Assembly (NCBI GenBank): GCA_965226045.1
Contig: CBDDBU010000028.1
Location: forward strand, 193,387-257,386
Length of the DNA stretch: 64,000 nucleotides
Source: Alphaproteobacteria bacterium
Lineage (GTDB): Bacteria; Pseudomonadota; Alphaproteobacteria; VGEJ01
Direction of reading: 5' to 3'
Part shown: piece by piece, positions 46,820-57,746 of the stretch
Position numbering within the stretch: the stretch's first letter is position 1
How the letters are laid out: every line of letters begins with the position of its first letter
The notes under the pieces: generated by a model
Databases searched by the model: none
What the model was told of the DNA's origin: nothing
The model's input: the letters and a program-made list of their open reading frames with translations, nothing else
Made by a program: the position numbers and the translations under genes

Positions 46820-48504
46820 TAGCAGCCTGTCGGACTTGAGCCGGGAGTCGAAATAGGATTCGATGGTATCAGTTGATTTGCCCGCGCGTGATGGAGGCCG
46901 TCATGAGCAATTTCCGACCGGTCGACCGGGAGACGGGGTTTCTGCTGCCGCCGTCGGTGGAGGAATGGCTTCCCGAGCGGCATCTGGCGCGCTTCGTGGT
47001 CGAGGTGATCGAGCAGTTGGACCTCTCGGCGTTCGTGAAGGCCTATCGCGGCTCGGGCTCGGCGTCCTATCACCCGAGCATGCTGCTGGGGCTTCTGGTC
47101 TACGGCTACGCCACGGGGGTGTTTTCGAGCCGCAAGTTGGAGCGCGCGACCTATGATTCTGTCGCTTTCCGCTTCATCGCGGCCAACGATCATCCCGACC
47201 ACGATACCATCGCCGCGTTCCGGCGGCGTTTTCTCGACCGGATCGAAGGGCTGTTCGTCGAGGTGCTGCTGCTGGCCCGGGAAGCCGGGGTGCTGAAGCT
47301 CGGCACGGTGGCGCTGGACGGCACCAAGGTGCACGCCAACGCGAGCCGGCACAGCGCGCTGTCGTGGAAACACGCCTGCGAGCTCGAAGCCCGGTTGAAG
47401 GCCGAGGTGGCGGAGTTGATGGCGTTGGCGGAGGCGGCCGATGGGGCGGATGTGCCCGACGGGATGTCGGTGCCCGAGGAACTGGCCCGGCGCGAGGATC
47501 GTCTGGCCCGCATCGCCGAGGCTAAGGCGGTGATCGAGGCGCGGGCGCGCGAACGCCTTGAGCGGGAACGGGCCGAGTACGAGGCGAAGCTCGAGGCGCG
47601 CGCGGAGAAGGCCGAGAAGACGGGCCGCAAGCCGGGCGGCCGTCCACCCGAGCCGCCGGTGGCCGGGCCCGGGCCGAAGGACCAGGTCAATCTGACCGAC
47701 GCGGACTCGCGCATCATGCCGGTGGCCGGCGGCGGCTTCGAACAGGCCTACAACGCCCAAGCCCTGGTGGCGGCCGACAGCCTGCTGGTGGTCACCAACG
47801 ACGTGGTCCAGGCCCCCAACGACAAGCGGCAAATCGAGCCGGCGCTGGAAGCGCTCGCCCGCCTTCCCGAGGCGCTGGGCGCGCCCGAGACCCTGCTGGC
47901 GGACAGCGGCTACTTCAGCGAGGCCAACGTGAACGCCTGCGCCGAGGCCGAGATCGCGCCGTTGATCACGCCCGGCCGGGAACGCCATCATCTCTCCTGG
48001 AAGGACCGCTTCGCCGGCGCGCCGCCGCCCCCGGAGAACCCGACGCCGCTGGAAGCGATGACACATCGACTGGCGACGCCCGAGGGCCGGCAACTCTACG
48101 CCCTGCGCAAGCAAACGCCGGAACCGGTGTTCGGCATCATCAAATCGGCCATGGGCTTCCGCCAGTTCTCGCTACGCGGCCTGGACAAGGTCACGGGCGA
48201 ATGGAACCTGGTGACCCTGGCCTGGAACATAAAGAGAATGTTCACCTTGCAATACGCTTGAGCAGGCGGCCGGACTCCGTACCTCGCGAAAAGGAATAAG
48301 AGTATGCTCGCCTTGCGGCACGCGCGAGCAAGCGAACGTACTTCGTGCCCTCACGAGAGGGCATAAGAGTATACTCACCCTGCGGTACGCGCGGCCAAGC
48401 GACCGCACTCCGTGTCCTCACGAAAGGCGCTCGATCCCATGACCTCTCCACATCGCGATCCGTCCACACCCATTCTCGCGGACCTCAGTCCGACAGGCTG
48501 CTAG
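46820..48504 (+). mobile_element. IS5-superfamily (IS1182-like) insertion sequence, complete copy B
   Basis: 1685 bp; terminal inverted repeats (c)tagcagcctgtcggacttgag ... ctcagtccgacaggctgcta(g); CTAG at both junctions; identical to copies A and C. Confidence 0.85.
46873..48261 (+). CDS. DDE transposase, IS1182/IS5-superfamily
   Basis: 462 aa, identical to 57797-59185 ORF. Confidence 0.85.
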   Translation: MICPRVMEAVMSNFRPVDRETGFLLPPSVEEWLPERHLARFVVEVIEQLDLSAFVKAYRGSGSASYHPSMLLGLLVYGYATGVFSSRKLERATYDSVAFRFIAANDHPDHDTIAAFRRRFLDRIEGLFVEVLLLAREAGVLKLGTVALDGTKVHANASRHSALSWKHACELEARLKAEVAELMALAEAADGADVPDGMSVPEELARREDRLARIAEAKAVIEARARERLERERAEYEAKLEARAEKAEKTGRKPGGRPPEPPVAGPGPKDQVNLTDADSRIMPVAGGGFEQAYNAQALVAADSLLVVTNDVVQAPNDKRQIEPALEALARLPEALGAPETLLADSGYFSEANVNACAEAEIAPLITPGRERHHLSWKDRFAGAPPPPENPTPLEAMTHRLATPEGRQLYALRKQTPEPVFGIIKSAMGFRQFSLRGLDKVTGEWNLVTLAWNIKRMFTLQYA

Positions 48505-48783
48505 CCCGATTGCCAGCCGCCGGAGGCTAGAGGCGGCTCGGTGGGCTGTGTCTTGGCCTGCTCGTAATGCGACGCTTGAGAGAGCGGTTCAACGTCGCGC
48601 TGTCGGGCCATCGGTACGTCAGTACAGGCGTCGAAAACAAGTGGATGAGCTTTTCATCCGAGCTATAACCGAATCTTGTGTACGGCGTTGAAATGAAGGC
48701 GGCGTATCCTGGTGATTGTTGATGTCACCACTTGAGCTAAGCCAAGGAAGGATACGCCATGAAAGAGAATACCGTTGAATCGC

Positions 48784-49713
48784 TTATGCACCAGCTTCCG
48801 GCCGGACCAACATGTTGTAGGTGAAGGGCTTGGTGCACACGGCGATGCCGAACAGCGAGCGGAAGGCGGCGTGGCGTGTCCGGCGCCGGTTGAAGCGGAA
48901 CACGAACTCGTCGAGATAGCTTTGCAGGTGCTTGGCGCGCAGCCCGCGATAGACGCCGCGCGCCCAGCCCTTGAGATTGGAGAACACCTGATGGATCCAG
49001 GGCAGCACGAGGTGGGCGGCCATGGAACCGATGACGTGGGGATCGTGGGTCTCGACGGGGGCCGCGGCGTAGCCGGCCCAGCCGTCGGTCTTGGCGGTGC
49101 TGGCGGCGGCGATGTTGTGGCCGATGAAGCGGTTGCGGCTTTCGGCGCCGTAGGACGCGATCTCGGCCAGGCGCAGGCGGCCCGGCGCGTTGCCGTCGCC
49201 GACCTCGACGGCGCCGACGACGAGCAGCTTGCCGTCGTGGCTGCGCCCGGCGCCGCCGGCCACGGGATCATTCTTGGTGCGGAACGCCAGCGCGGTCTCG
49301 TCGACCTCGATGAGGCCCGACAACGGGTCGCGCTCGGGATCGACCATGGCTTTGCGCAGCTTGGCGGCGAGCAGCCAGGCGCTGCGATAAGAACCGATCC
49401 CGAGCTGGTTCTGGAGCTGCAGCGCCGCGATCCCGTTCGAATGCGTCGCCATCAGGTAGGCGGCCCAGAACCAGACGGTGAGCGCGAGCTTGCTGCCGTG
49501 CAGGATGGTCCCCGCCGTCACCGAGGTCTGGCGATGGCAGCGCGCGCACTCGAACGTGTGGGCCTTGCCGCGTAGCGCCCAGCCGTGATCATGACCGCAG
49601 CGCGGGCATTCGAAGCCCTCGGGCCAGCGCACCGAGGCGAGCCACGCCGCGCAGGCGTCGTCGTGCGGGAACATGCGTTGGAAGGCGATCAGACTGTCGG
49701 GGAAGCGATCCAT
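48784..49713 (-). CDS. IS1595-family (ISXO2-like) transposase
   Basis: N-terminal zinc-ribbon (CPRCGH...CARCHRQTS) and DDE domain typical of IS1595/ISXO2. Confidence 0.85.
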   Translation of the reverse strand: MDRFPDSLIAFQRMFPHDDACAAWLASVRWPEGFECPRCGHDHGWALRGKAHTFECARCHRQTSVTAGTILHGSKLALTVWFWAAYLMATHSNGIAALQLQNQLGIGSYRSAWLLAAKLRKAMVDPERDPLSGLIEVDETALAFRTKNDPVAGGAGRSHDGKLLVVGAVEVGDGNAPGRLRLAEIASYGAESRNRFIGHNIAAASTAKTDGWAGYAAAPVETHDPHVIGSMAAHLVLPWIHQVFSNLKGWARGVYRGLRAKHLQSYLDEFVFRFNRRRTRHAAFRSLFGIAVCTKPFTYNMLVRPEAGA

Positions 49714-49857
49714 GGGGCGGCTCCTGGTAATCGAACAAACCAGGAACCAACTATCCTACAACCACGCCCAACGCAACATCTCGTGCCGCCGGAACGTCGT
49801 GCATAAGCGATTACCGTTGTTGCTTTTCAAAACCCATCTGATTTTCAGAAAGATCCG

Positions 49858-51045
49858 TTGACGGAAGTCCTACAAGCTGGAGCTCGCGAGTTGTTGGCCC
49901 AAGCCGTTGAGGCCGAGGTCTCCGTGTTTTTGGGTAGCCATGCGGCGCTTGTTGACGCCGCCGGCCGCCGCCGGGTTGTCCGCAATGGATATCTGCCGGA
50001 ACGCTTCATCCAGACCGGGATCGGCCCGGTGAGCGTGCGCCAACCCCGTGTGCGGGACCGGGGGGACGGCGCCATCCGCTTCACGTCGGCGATCCTGCCG
50101 CGCTATCTGCGCCGCGCCAAGAGCCTGGAAGACCTTTTGCCATGGCTGTATCTGAAGGGCATTTCCACCGGCGACTTCGGGGAAGCCTTGGCGGCGCTCC
50201 TGGGGAGCTCCGCGCCGGGGCTTTCGGCCTCCACGATCACCCGGCTGAAAGAGGTCTGGGGGGTTGAGGCGGAGCGCTGGCAACGGCGCGACCTCACGGC
50301 CAAGCGCTACGTCTATTTCTGGGTGGACGGCATCTATTTCAGCGCCCGCATGGAGGAAGAGAAGCAGTGCATCCTGGTGATCGTCGGGGCCACGGACAAG
50401 GGACAGAAGGAACTGATCGCCATCGCCGACGGCTATCGCGAAAGTGAGCAGTCCTGGCTCGAAGTTCTGCTCGATCTCAAGCGGCGCGGCCTTGAAATGG
50501 GTCCGCAACTGGCGCTCGGCGACGGCGCGCTCGGCTTCTGGAAGGCGCTCCGCCAAGTCTACCCAGGCGCCCGCGAGCAACGCTGCTGGGTTCACAAGAC
50601 GGGCAACGTCTTGAACAAGCTGCCCAAGGGTCTGCAAAAGAAAGCCAAGGGGCGCCTGCAAGACATCTGGATGGCCGAAACCAGGAAGGATGCCGAGAGC
50701 GCCTTCGACTTCTTCCTGGAAGCCTACGGGCCGAAGTACGACAAGGCCGCGGCCTGCCTGGCCAGGGACCGCGACGTCCTGCTGACGTTCTACGACTTCC
50801 CCGCCGAGCACTGGAAGCATGTACGCACGACCAACCCCATCGAGAGCACGTTCGCCACGGTTCGTCTGCGCACCTACCGGACCAAGGGCTGCCTGTCGCG
50901 CAAGACGGCGATGGCCATGGTCTTCAAACTATGCCAGCGCGCTCAGAGAAAATGGAGAAAACTCGATGGATCGAACCATCTCGCCGAGATCATTCGCGGC
51001 GTCAAATTCGTAGATGGAGAACGCCAGGATCGCGCCGCCGCATGA
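49858..51045 (+). CDS. IS256-family (Mutator-type) transposase (TTG start or 5'-truncated)
   Basis: YVYFWVDGIYFSAR, CWVHKTGNVLNKLP, NPIESTFATVR motifs. Confidence 0.85.
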   Translation: MTEVLQAGARELLAQAVEAEVSVFLGSHAALVDAAGRRRVVRNGYLPERFIQTGIGPVSVRQPRVRDRGDGAIRFTSAILPRYLRRAKSLEDLLPWLYLKGISTGDFGEALAALLGSSAPGLSASTITRLKEVWGVEAERWQRRDLTAKRYVYFWVDGIYFSARMEEEKQCILVIVGATDKGQKELIAIADGYRESEQSWLEVLLDLKRRGLEMGPQLALGDGALGFWKALRQVYPGAREQRCWVHKTGNVLNKLPKGLQKKAKGRLQDIWMAETRKDAESAFDFFLEAYGPKYDKAAACLARDRDVLLTFYDFPAEHWKHVRTTNPIESTFATVRLRTYRTKGCLSRKTAMAMVFKLCQRAQRKWRKLDGSNHLAEIIRGVKFVDGERQDRAAA

Positions 51046-51164
51046 TCAGCCCATACACAACTTTTGACAATAGCTCTTTTCATGTAACTACCCAGGTCTG
51101 ATTGGCCCGAGCGTTTGTATGTGAGGGATCGTGGGGGTCCGGGCTGGTAGCGGTGCCGGTGTTC

Positions 51165-52703
51165 TCAGAGGCGCAGTTGGGGGATTAGTTGCATCGGATC
51201 GGGATGCACCAGGGTCTGGAGGACGTTCCAGCCTTGCTTTCGGGCGGTGGCGATGACGGCACGCATTCTGGCGAAGTTGTAGGCACCCCTCTCGGAGCGG
51301 AAGCCACCGGAGATTTTCTGGCGCAGCTTGGCCATTCGGAGGTCACGTTCGGCCTCATTGTTCGTAAACGGCGTGCGCGGGTCGGTGAGGAATCGCAGGC
51401 ATCCCTCCTTGTGCTTGCGGAGGCGGAGCGCGAGGTTATGACCGATGCGGTGTTTCTTTCGTCCGCGCTTGCCGGTCCGGAGCGGCGGCTGCGCCTCGTG
51501 GAAGGCGATGGCGTGGTCGAGGATGCGGGCCCAGGCCCGCGAGATCCGGGCCACCAGGGAGGCGGGCACGTCGCGGCCGTTCTCACGGGAGAAGCGGGTA
51601 GCCCTGTGTGCGCGCTCAAGGAGGCGGTGCATGCTCTTTGCCCAGTCTTCCTTCTCGATGTCGATCAGGGCCTGGAGTTCGCGCAGGTGATGGGCGTTGC
51701 AGGCGCCGTGGCGCACGCCCTTGAGGGTGAAGTAGGCGGCGTAATCGTCATGGATGAGGATGCCTTCGAGGTCCTTTTCGACATCGCCGCGTCCCGCGCC
51801 GATGCGCAGGACGGTCAGGAATGGGGTGCACAGCACGTGGAGCCAGCGGGTACGGGCGGCGATCCGCAGGCCGGTTTCGTCGAGGTGCTTGACCGGGACC
51901 GCTGTGCGGATCACGTCTGCGACATGGGCGAGGAAGGGCTCGAAGCGCCTGGCGGTTCGCCGGCCCATGGCGGTGATCGTGGCTGTGGAGATGGACACTG
52001 CGAAGAGGTCGCTCATGAGTTCGGCCAAGCGCTTCTCGGGAACGAACTGGGCGTACAGCAGGTAGCTCACCCAGGCGGTGATGCGTGGCCCGTACTGGAC
52101 CGGGGCGGTCACGCCGTCCGGGAAGACGGCTCCTGTCACGGTGGCGCAGGCGCCGCAGAGGCAGCGATGGGCGCGGTGTTCGGTGACCTCCAGGGGGCGT
52201 GGCTCGGGCACATCGAAGACCTGTCGACAGACGGGCGCGCGGTGACGGTCGGCGTCCGACAGCGGTGCGCCGCAGCCCGAACAGGCGGAGGGGTCATGAT
52301 CCACAACATGGTCCGGGCTCTCGGTCCGCGCCAGCGTCGTTCCCTTGTGGCCCGGCTGGCCGCCGCTTGGCCTGCCGGACTTGCCGCGCTGGCTTCGGGT
52401 GCGCCTCTGGGTTCCGCTCTTCTTGCGCAGGCCGTCGCTGGCGGGCGGCTTGCTGCTGGTGGTGCTGTCAAGCGCCGCGCTCCGCTCGAGCTCGGCGATG
52501 CGGTCCCGCAGGGTCGCGTTCTCCCGCTCGAGCGCGGCATTCTCCCGGACGAGCGCCGTGGCCAGGCGCAACAGCCCCTGGCCCCATTCCCGGAAGGCCT
52601 TGACGACTGTGGTTGCGAAGGATGAGGGGTCAAGAAGATCTTGCAGGCACGCGAAGGCCTCGTCATGGGCGGCGAGGTCCTCGTGCCAGCGCGACAGCGT
52701 CAC
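51165..52703 (-). CDS. IS66-family transposase TnpC
   Basis: 512 aa; leucine-zipper N-term, CxxC...CxxC zinc ribbon, DDE region (HLDETGLRIAAR...) typical of IS66 TnpC; no tnpA/tnpB upstream. Confidence 0.85.
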   Translation of the reverse strand: MTLSRWHEDLAAHDEAFACLQDLLDPSSFATTVVKAFREWGQGLLRLATALVRENAALERENATLRDRIAELERSAALDSTTSSKPPASDGLRKKSGTQRRTRSQRGKSGRPSGGQPGHKGTTLARTESPDHVVDHDPSACSGCGAPLSDADRHRAPVCRQVFDVPEPRPLEVTEHRAHRCLCGACATVTGAVFPDGVTAPVQYGPRITAWVSYLLYAQFVPEKRLAELMSDLFAVSISTATITAMGRRTARRFEPFLAHVADVIRTAVPVKHLDETGLRIAARTRWLHVLCTPFLTVLRIGAGRGDVEKDLEGILIHDDYAAYFTLKGVRHGACNAHHLRELQALIDIEKEDWAKSMHRLLERAHRATRFSRENGRDVPASLVARISRAWARILDHAIAFHEAQPPLRTGKRGRKKHRIGHNLALRLRKHKEGCLRFLTDPRTPFTNNEAERDLRMAKLRQKISGGFRSERGAYNFARMRAVIATARKQGWNVLQTLVHPDPMQLIPQLRL

Positions 52704-53365
52704 GGGTCCTCGGCATCGACGGCCATCATGGCGGCCAGCACCGCGAGGCGTTCGCCCGCCGGCAAGGCCTTGTAACGCCGGCCCCAGTTGGCCGCCTTAC
52801 GCTTGATGCGCTGGCGGTCGGTGAAGTTCCGGCCTGCGTAGCTCGCCCAATGCACCCGGTCGGGCGCGAAGTTGAACCACACGACCTCGGTCCGCACCTG
52901 GGCCTGGGTCGTCACCTGCAGCGCCAGACTGCGCCAGCCCGCCAGCATCTCGTCATAGAGCGCCGAGGGATGGCCCGAGACCATCACCTGGCAGGGCAGA
53001 TCCTTGAGCAGGTCCAGGAGCGCGACATGGTCGACCTCCTCGTAGTCGAAGCGATAGCGCCGTGCCGAACGGCGGGTCGCGTGCAGATAGGGGGGATCGC
53101 TGTAGACCAGCTCCGGGCCCAGAAACGGGAACGAGGCCAAAAAGGCATGGGCACAGCCATGCACCAACTCGACCGGGTAGTCACAGGCAAAGGCCTCGAG
53201 CGCCTGCGCATCGCGGTCGATGCCGATCGAGCGCACGCCCGTTGGCTTGCGCTTCATCAGCGCACCGCCCCCCAGGTGGCTCTCGATGTAAACGCTGTGC
53301 GGCGGCATCAGCGCAATCAGCGCCTGGCACAGACCGCTCGTCGCCTTCGACCCGAAATATCCCAC
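52700..53365 (-). CDS. DNA N6-adenine methyltransferase, D12 class (Dam-like orphan MTase)
   Basis: GYFGSK (motif I-like), DPPY motif IV, VMVSGHPSALYDEM; 4-nt overlap with IS66 tnpC start. Confidence 0.65.
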   Translation of the reverse strand: MGYFGSKATSGLCQALIALMPPHSVYIESHLGGGALMKRKPTGVRSIGIDRDAQALEAFACDYPVELVHGCAHAFLASFPFLGPELVYSDPPYLHATRRSARRYRFDYEEVDHVALLDLLKDLPCQVMVSGHPSALYDEMLAGWRSLALQVTTQAQVRTEVVWFNFAPDRVHWASYAGRNFTDRQRIKRKAANWGRRYKALPAGERLAVLAAMMAVDAEDP

Positions 53366-53699
53366 GCGCCGCTCCCGTCACACGAGAGCGCAACCCATAG
53401 ACGCCCGATTCTATGGAGTCAAGAGACGATCAACGACGCGGCGGCGGAAACCCGGCCCCGGCGACCACCTACATCATCCTCTCGCGGTCAGGAGCGGGGT
53501 ACCTGGGTAGTTACCTTTTCGATCCTCTATGCTAGCTATGACCAGTTCTGACCTCTATTGCTCGACGGTCAGGTTGCCGCGCGCGACACCATGTTTGAAA
53601 TGGGCTCGTTGGAGACCGATCCTTGTGCCGCATTAGAACGGCTCAACCAAGCCCGTGGTCACCGCCATTCGTGCCGCTCGTTCTTCTTTTGTGCGTAGC

Positions 53700-54650
53700 G
53701 GAACTGGCATCAGCACCCCCCGACAGCAGCTCACGATAATCCGAGCGCGTCCACGGCACAAGCCGGTCTCCTCGGCGCCGGGGACAATGCGCAGTATGTG
53801 AGTAGCGGTGGACGGGCCGCGCCTGTGCGAATCTGGTCGTCGTCCCAGCGCCGCGCGCCATCATCGTGGCCGTTCACCGGCTTCAACGACTACAGCAATG
53901 CCTTTGATCGGGCGGCGACAGCATGGTGGGCGGCGCGCGGCGTTCAGACCTATGCATATGACCAGCGGGGGTTTGGTGCGACTGCGAGGTCGGCATCTGG
54001 CCGGGCTCGGAGGCGTTGATAAAGCCATCTCTGCGCCTTTCTGGTTCTCGTGGGCGCCCGCCATCCGAGTATCAATCGCTTCATCTCCTGGGACTTAGCA
54101 TGGGCGGTGCCGTGGTTCTGGCCTCGGAGGGCGGCGCCGTCTGTCGAAATCGGGTCGCGGTGTCAAACCTTCAATTATTCTGGTCGCTCCGGCCGTCTCC
54201 GCGGGGCGATCGACGCTCGGCCTGATCGCGCGCGCCACGTTGTGGCTGGGCGCCCACGTTCTCACCGCCCTTCACGTCAACGAAAGCGGGCTCCAGATCA
54301 CTCCGTCGGACAATGACGAGGTCCTGAGGGAACTCTCGGCGGAACCGCTGGTCATCAAGAATACGCCATCGATGCCGTGAACGGTCAAAAGGATGGTCAA
54401 TCTCATGGACACGGCACTGCTATCGGCGCCACGCATGAGGACGGAGACGCTTGTTCTCTATGGCGCGCGTGACGAGATCATGGGGATGAGCCGAACCGAC
54501 ACACCGGCCATGATCGCCGCCTGGCGCGGCCCGCTGCCGATTCGCCTTCTATCCAGGCGGTTATCACATGTTGTTGCGTGACCGCGATGCCGAGACCGTC
54601 TGGGGCGACGTGTTGGCCTGGATCGACGATGCGACGGCGCCGCTGCCGTC
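53700..54650 (+). pseudogene. Alpha/beta-hydrolase (lysophospholipase/monoacylglycerol-lipase-like) gene, multiple frameshifts
   Basis: Fragments in three frames: YDQRGFGAT, nucleophile elbow HLLGLSMGGAVVLA, C-terminal LVLYGARDEIM. Confidence 0.55.
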
Positions 54651-54728
54651 GGTCCGATGACCAGTGATTCCATCAGACTGCATGCGCAAGACTCGCGGTG
54701 ATAGCTCGCTGATAGGTGAGAGCCCGCT

Positions 54729-56000
54729 ATGCCGAATTTAAGGGTCAATCAGGATCGGCTGTGGAAAAGCCTGATGGACATGGCGCGGATTGGCGCCACG
54801 GAAAAGGGTGGGGTGTGCCGGCTTGCGCTCACCGAGCTCGATCGGGTCGAGCAGGGACCTGTTTGGTGCTTGGTGCTGTGACGCGGGCTTGCGGCGTCAC
54901 CGTGGACCAGTTCGGTAACATCTTCGCGCGGCGCCCGGGGCGCGACGACACGCTGGCGCCGGTCATGACGGCAGCCACCTCGATAGCCAACCCACGGGCG
55001 GCAGGAAGTCACGGGGCCTACGGTGTGCTCGCGGGGCTTGAGGAAGCTGCGCACGCTGAACTGCCGACTATTTGACGGAGGCGCCGATCGAGGTCGTCGT
55101 CTGGACCAACGGCAGGAAGGCTCACGCTTTTCACCGCCGATGATTGGCTCGGGTGTTTTCGCCGGCCTCTTTGATCGGTCGACGATCACGCGGCCAACAG
55201 CGGACGCCGATGGCCGCATGCAGGATGAGAGGCGCTCGAGGCCATCGGTTACGCGGGCGAGGCGGCTGCCGGGCGAGCGGTCGGCGCCTATCTTCGAGGC
55301 GCATATCGAGCAAGCCGTCCCATCCTCGAAGCAGAGGACAAGGTGATCGGCGCGGTCACCGGAGCCCAGGGCCAGCGCTGGTATTCCGTGGTGGTTCGTC
55401 GGTGAGGAGGCCCACTGGCGCCGACGCACGACGCCCATGCCGAGGCGCAAGGCGCTGCCCTCCTCGGGGCCGCGCGCCTGGTCACGGAGGTCCAGGATCG
55501 CGCTCGCCCATGCGCCCCACGCCTGTCAGGCACGGTCGGCGTGCTCCGTTCGAGCCCGAACTCGCGGAACGTGATCCCGGGTTCGGTGGAGCTTACGGTC
55601 GATCTACGTCATCCCGACGACCGCGAACTCTCCGTCCTCAGACGGCAAGTTGCGTCGCGGCGTGCAGGCGATCGCCGATGAGATCGGCCTGGCGAGACTC
55701 GATATCGAGCAGGACTACGACACCGCGGCGGTTCCGTTCGACGATGTGTGCATCGAGGCTCGTGCGCACCGCCGCCAATGACGCGGCTACACCCATCGCG
55801 ACATCGATCAGCGGCGCTGGGCACGATGCGGTCAACATCTCGCAGCAAGTCGCCCCAACGGGCATGATTTTCATCCCCTGCGAGGCGGCGTCAGCCATAG
55901 CCGGCGAGAGAACGCGCGCTCCGATCACATCGCGGCGGGTGCAACGTGTTGATGGACGCCATGGTGGCGCATGGCCGATCGACGTTGACGCCGAAGAGTC
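54729..56000 (+). pseudogene. Allantoate amidohydrolase / N-carbamoyl-L-amino-acid hydrolase-like (M20 family) gene, heavily frameshifted
   Basis: MPNLRVNQDRLWKSLMDMARIGATEKGGVCRLALTELDRVEQ..., GVTVDQFGNIFARRPGRDDTLAPVMT, GAYGVLAGLEEA, VVWTNGRK..SPPMIGSGVFAGLFDR are in different frames of one collinear homologue. Confidence 0.6.
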
Positions 56001-56379
56001 CTGCGAACCGCATCCGGCGAACGGCTGGCGCCTGCATGATCGCGGTCGACGATGGCGGCCATCTTCCGCGCCGGTGGCGCAGACCGTTCGTGAACCCGAT
56101 ACGACGTCTTTTGAACGACGCGATTTGGCTGGGTTCATCGGACCGTATGGCCGATTTGCTGACCTCCCTGGCTCGCCCGAATATCTACGCAGCGTCGCTC
56201 AGGGTGGGCAACCCTCGTTTTTCGCCCGCCTTGGAAAATTAGCCTTCCGTTCGCCGCACGTTCGTCGTCGGTGGAAGGGCAGGGCGGCTGGGCCTTTCCT
56301 GCAACACCTGCCACCCCAATGGCGGCGCCAATGCCGACTTCTTTGTCGAGGGACTCTCAGATCGTCCCGGCAGCGTCGA

Positions 56380-57312
56380 CGCGAGCCATGCCTTCTGGAA
56401 CCGCCGCGCCGACGATGGCTTCTTCAATCCGGTCAACGTTCCTTCGCTGCGCGGCGTGCGGTTGACCGCGCCCTACGGCCGCGACGGCCGCTTCGCGAGC
56501 CTGGCTGAATTCACACGCCACGTCATCGGTCACCGAGTTGCGGCGGCGATGAACCGGAACCTCTGATTCTTGACGCCCTGGTCGCCTATCAGCTCGATCT
56601 AGCGCTTCTGCCCAACCCTCTAGTGGATGCAGGTGGCCAGCTCGCGGCGGCGGCGCTGCCGCGGGCCCGCGCGGCCGCGGGGCTGTTCGCGCGCGACTGC
56701 GGTGGTTGCCACGGCCCCGACGGCGGCTTCGTCGACGGCCGCCGCCACGATGTGGGAACGGATGGGCACTTCGATACGCCGGTCCTGCTCGGCCTGGCCG
56801 AATCGGCGCCCTACTTCCATGACGGACGCGCCGCCGATCTCGCCGCCGTCGTGGATCATTTCGATGAGGTGTGGTCGCTTGGATACGATCTTGACGAACG
56901 CCGGGCGATGATTGCCTACCTTGAGGCCGTCGGCGCCGTGGACAGACGTCGCGAACCCATCACACTTTCCGCGACCGTGGCCGCATTGCAGGACTTCGCC
57001 GCGCTCGTGAGGGAACCGCTGGAGAGTGAGGACGCCGCGCTCGTAGACCTCGTCGTCGATATGGTTCGTCTCGAGATCGGTCGCCTCCACCAACGCTTTC
57101 CGGCGCCCGAGCACGGTGCGGCGCGGCAAACGATCGCCGGCTGGGCGCACGCGCTGCGCCGCGTCGCGCGCCTGGCGGAGCAGGGAGCATTTCCAGCGGC
57201 CAGAACCGCCCTCGTGGGTTGGCATGCCGACGTGGCGGACTCGTGGCCGTCGTTGGAGACAGTGGCGCGCACGTCTTTGTTCAACCCGCGGGCGATCCCG
57301 CCTGCGGGCTGA
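56380..57312 (+). pseudogene. Di-haem cytochrome c peroxidase/MauG-like gene remnant (C-terminal haem domain readable)
   Basis: Unannotated frame reads FWNRRADDGFFNPVNVPSLRGVRLTAPYGRDGRFASLAEF then stop; ORF 56623-57312 carries CGGCHG haem motif and FDTPVLLGLAESAPYFHDGRAADLAAVVDHF. Confidence 0.5.
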
Positions 57313-57365
57313 TCAGGCGATCGCGACCGTGTAGCCTGGATCCGAACTCGCAGCAGGAGAAAACA

Positions 57366-57746
57366 ATGCCCAGCCAACCCGTGATCCCCAAAGGCGCCGC
57401 GCCGCCGCTCGCGCCGTATTCGCCTGGAACGCGCGCCGGCGACACCGTGTACGTTGCCGGCACTGTCGCCCTCGACGGTGAGGGCAACGTTGTCGGCGTC
57501 GGGGATATCCGGGCCCAGACGCGTCATGTCCTCGAGTCGGTCAAGGCGGTGATCGAGGCGGCGGGCGGAAGCCTCGCCGATGTCGCGTTCAATCAGATAT
57601 TTCTCAAGGACTACGCCGACTACGCCGGCATGAACGAGGTGTACCGCGAGTACTTCTCCGCCGACCCACCAGCTCGCTATTGCATCAAGGCGGACCTCGT
57701 CAAGCCGGAGTTTCTGGTCGAGATCGCCTCGACCGCCCACCTCTAG
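57366..57746 (+). CDS. ridA: RidA family (YjgF/TdcF) reactive-intermediate deaminase
   Basis: 126 aa; [16 protein letters not shown]...ARYCIKADL; aggaga RBS; stop TAG coincides with IS copy C terminal CTAG. Confidence 0.85.
   Translation: MPSQPVIPKGAAPPLAPYSPGTRAGDTVYVAGTVALDGEGNVVGVGDIRAQTRHVLESVKAVIEAAGGSLADVAFNQIFLKDYADYAGMNEVYREYFSADPPARYCIKADLVKPEFLVEIASTAHL

Larger units (their letters stand above)
48505..53365. mobile_element. Nested IS cluster: IS1595-family, IS256-family and IS66-family (tnpC-only) elements plus methyltransferase passenger; individual ends not resolved
   Basis: Three unrelated transposase genes back-to-back (48784-49713, 49858-51045, 51165-52703). Confidence 0.6.

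Noticed and set aside
46819-48114. 431-aa minus-strand ORF spanning most of the IS (identical at 57743-59038)
   Set aside because: Completely antisense to the 462-aa transposase; Arg/Gly/Leu-rich composition with no recognisable domain; GC-shadow ORF.
51189-52625. 478-aa plus-strand ORF across the IS66 tnpC gene
   Set aside because: Antisense to a TnpC with zinc-ribbon and DDE signatures; shadow ORF.
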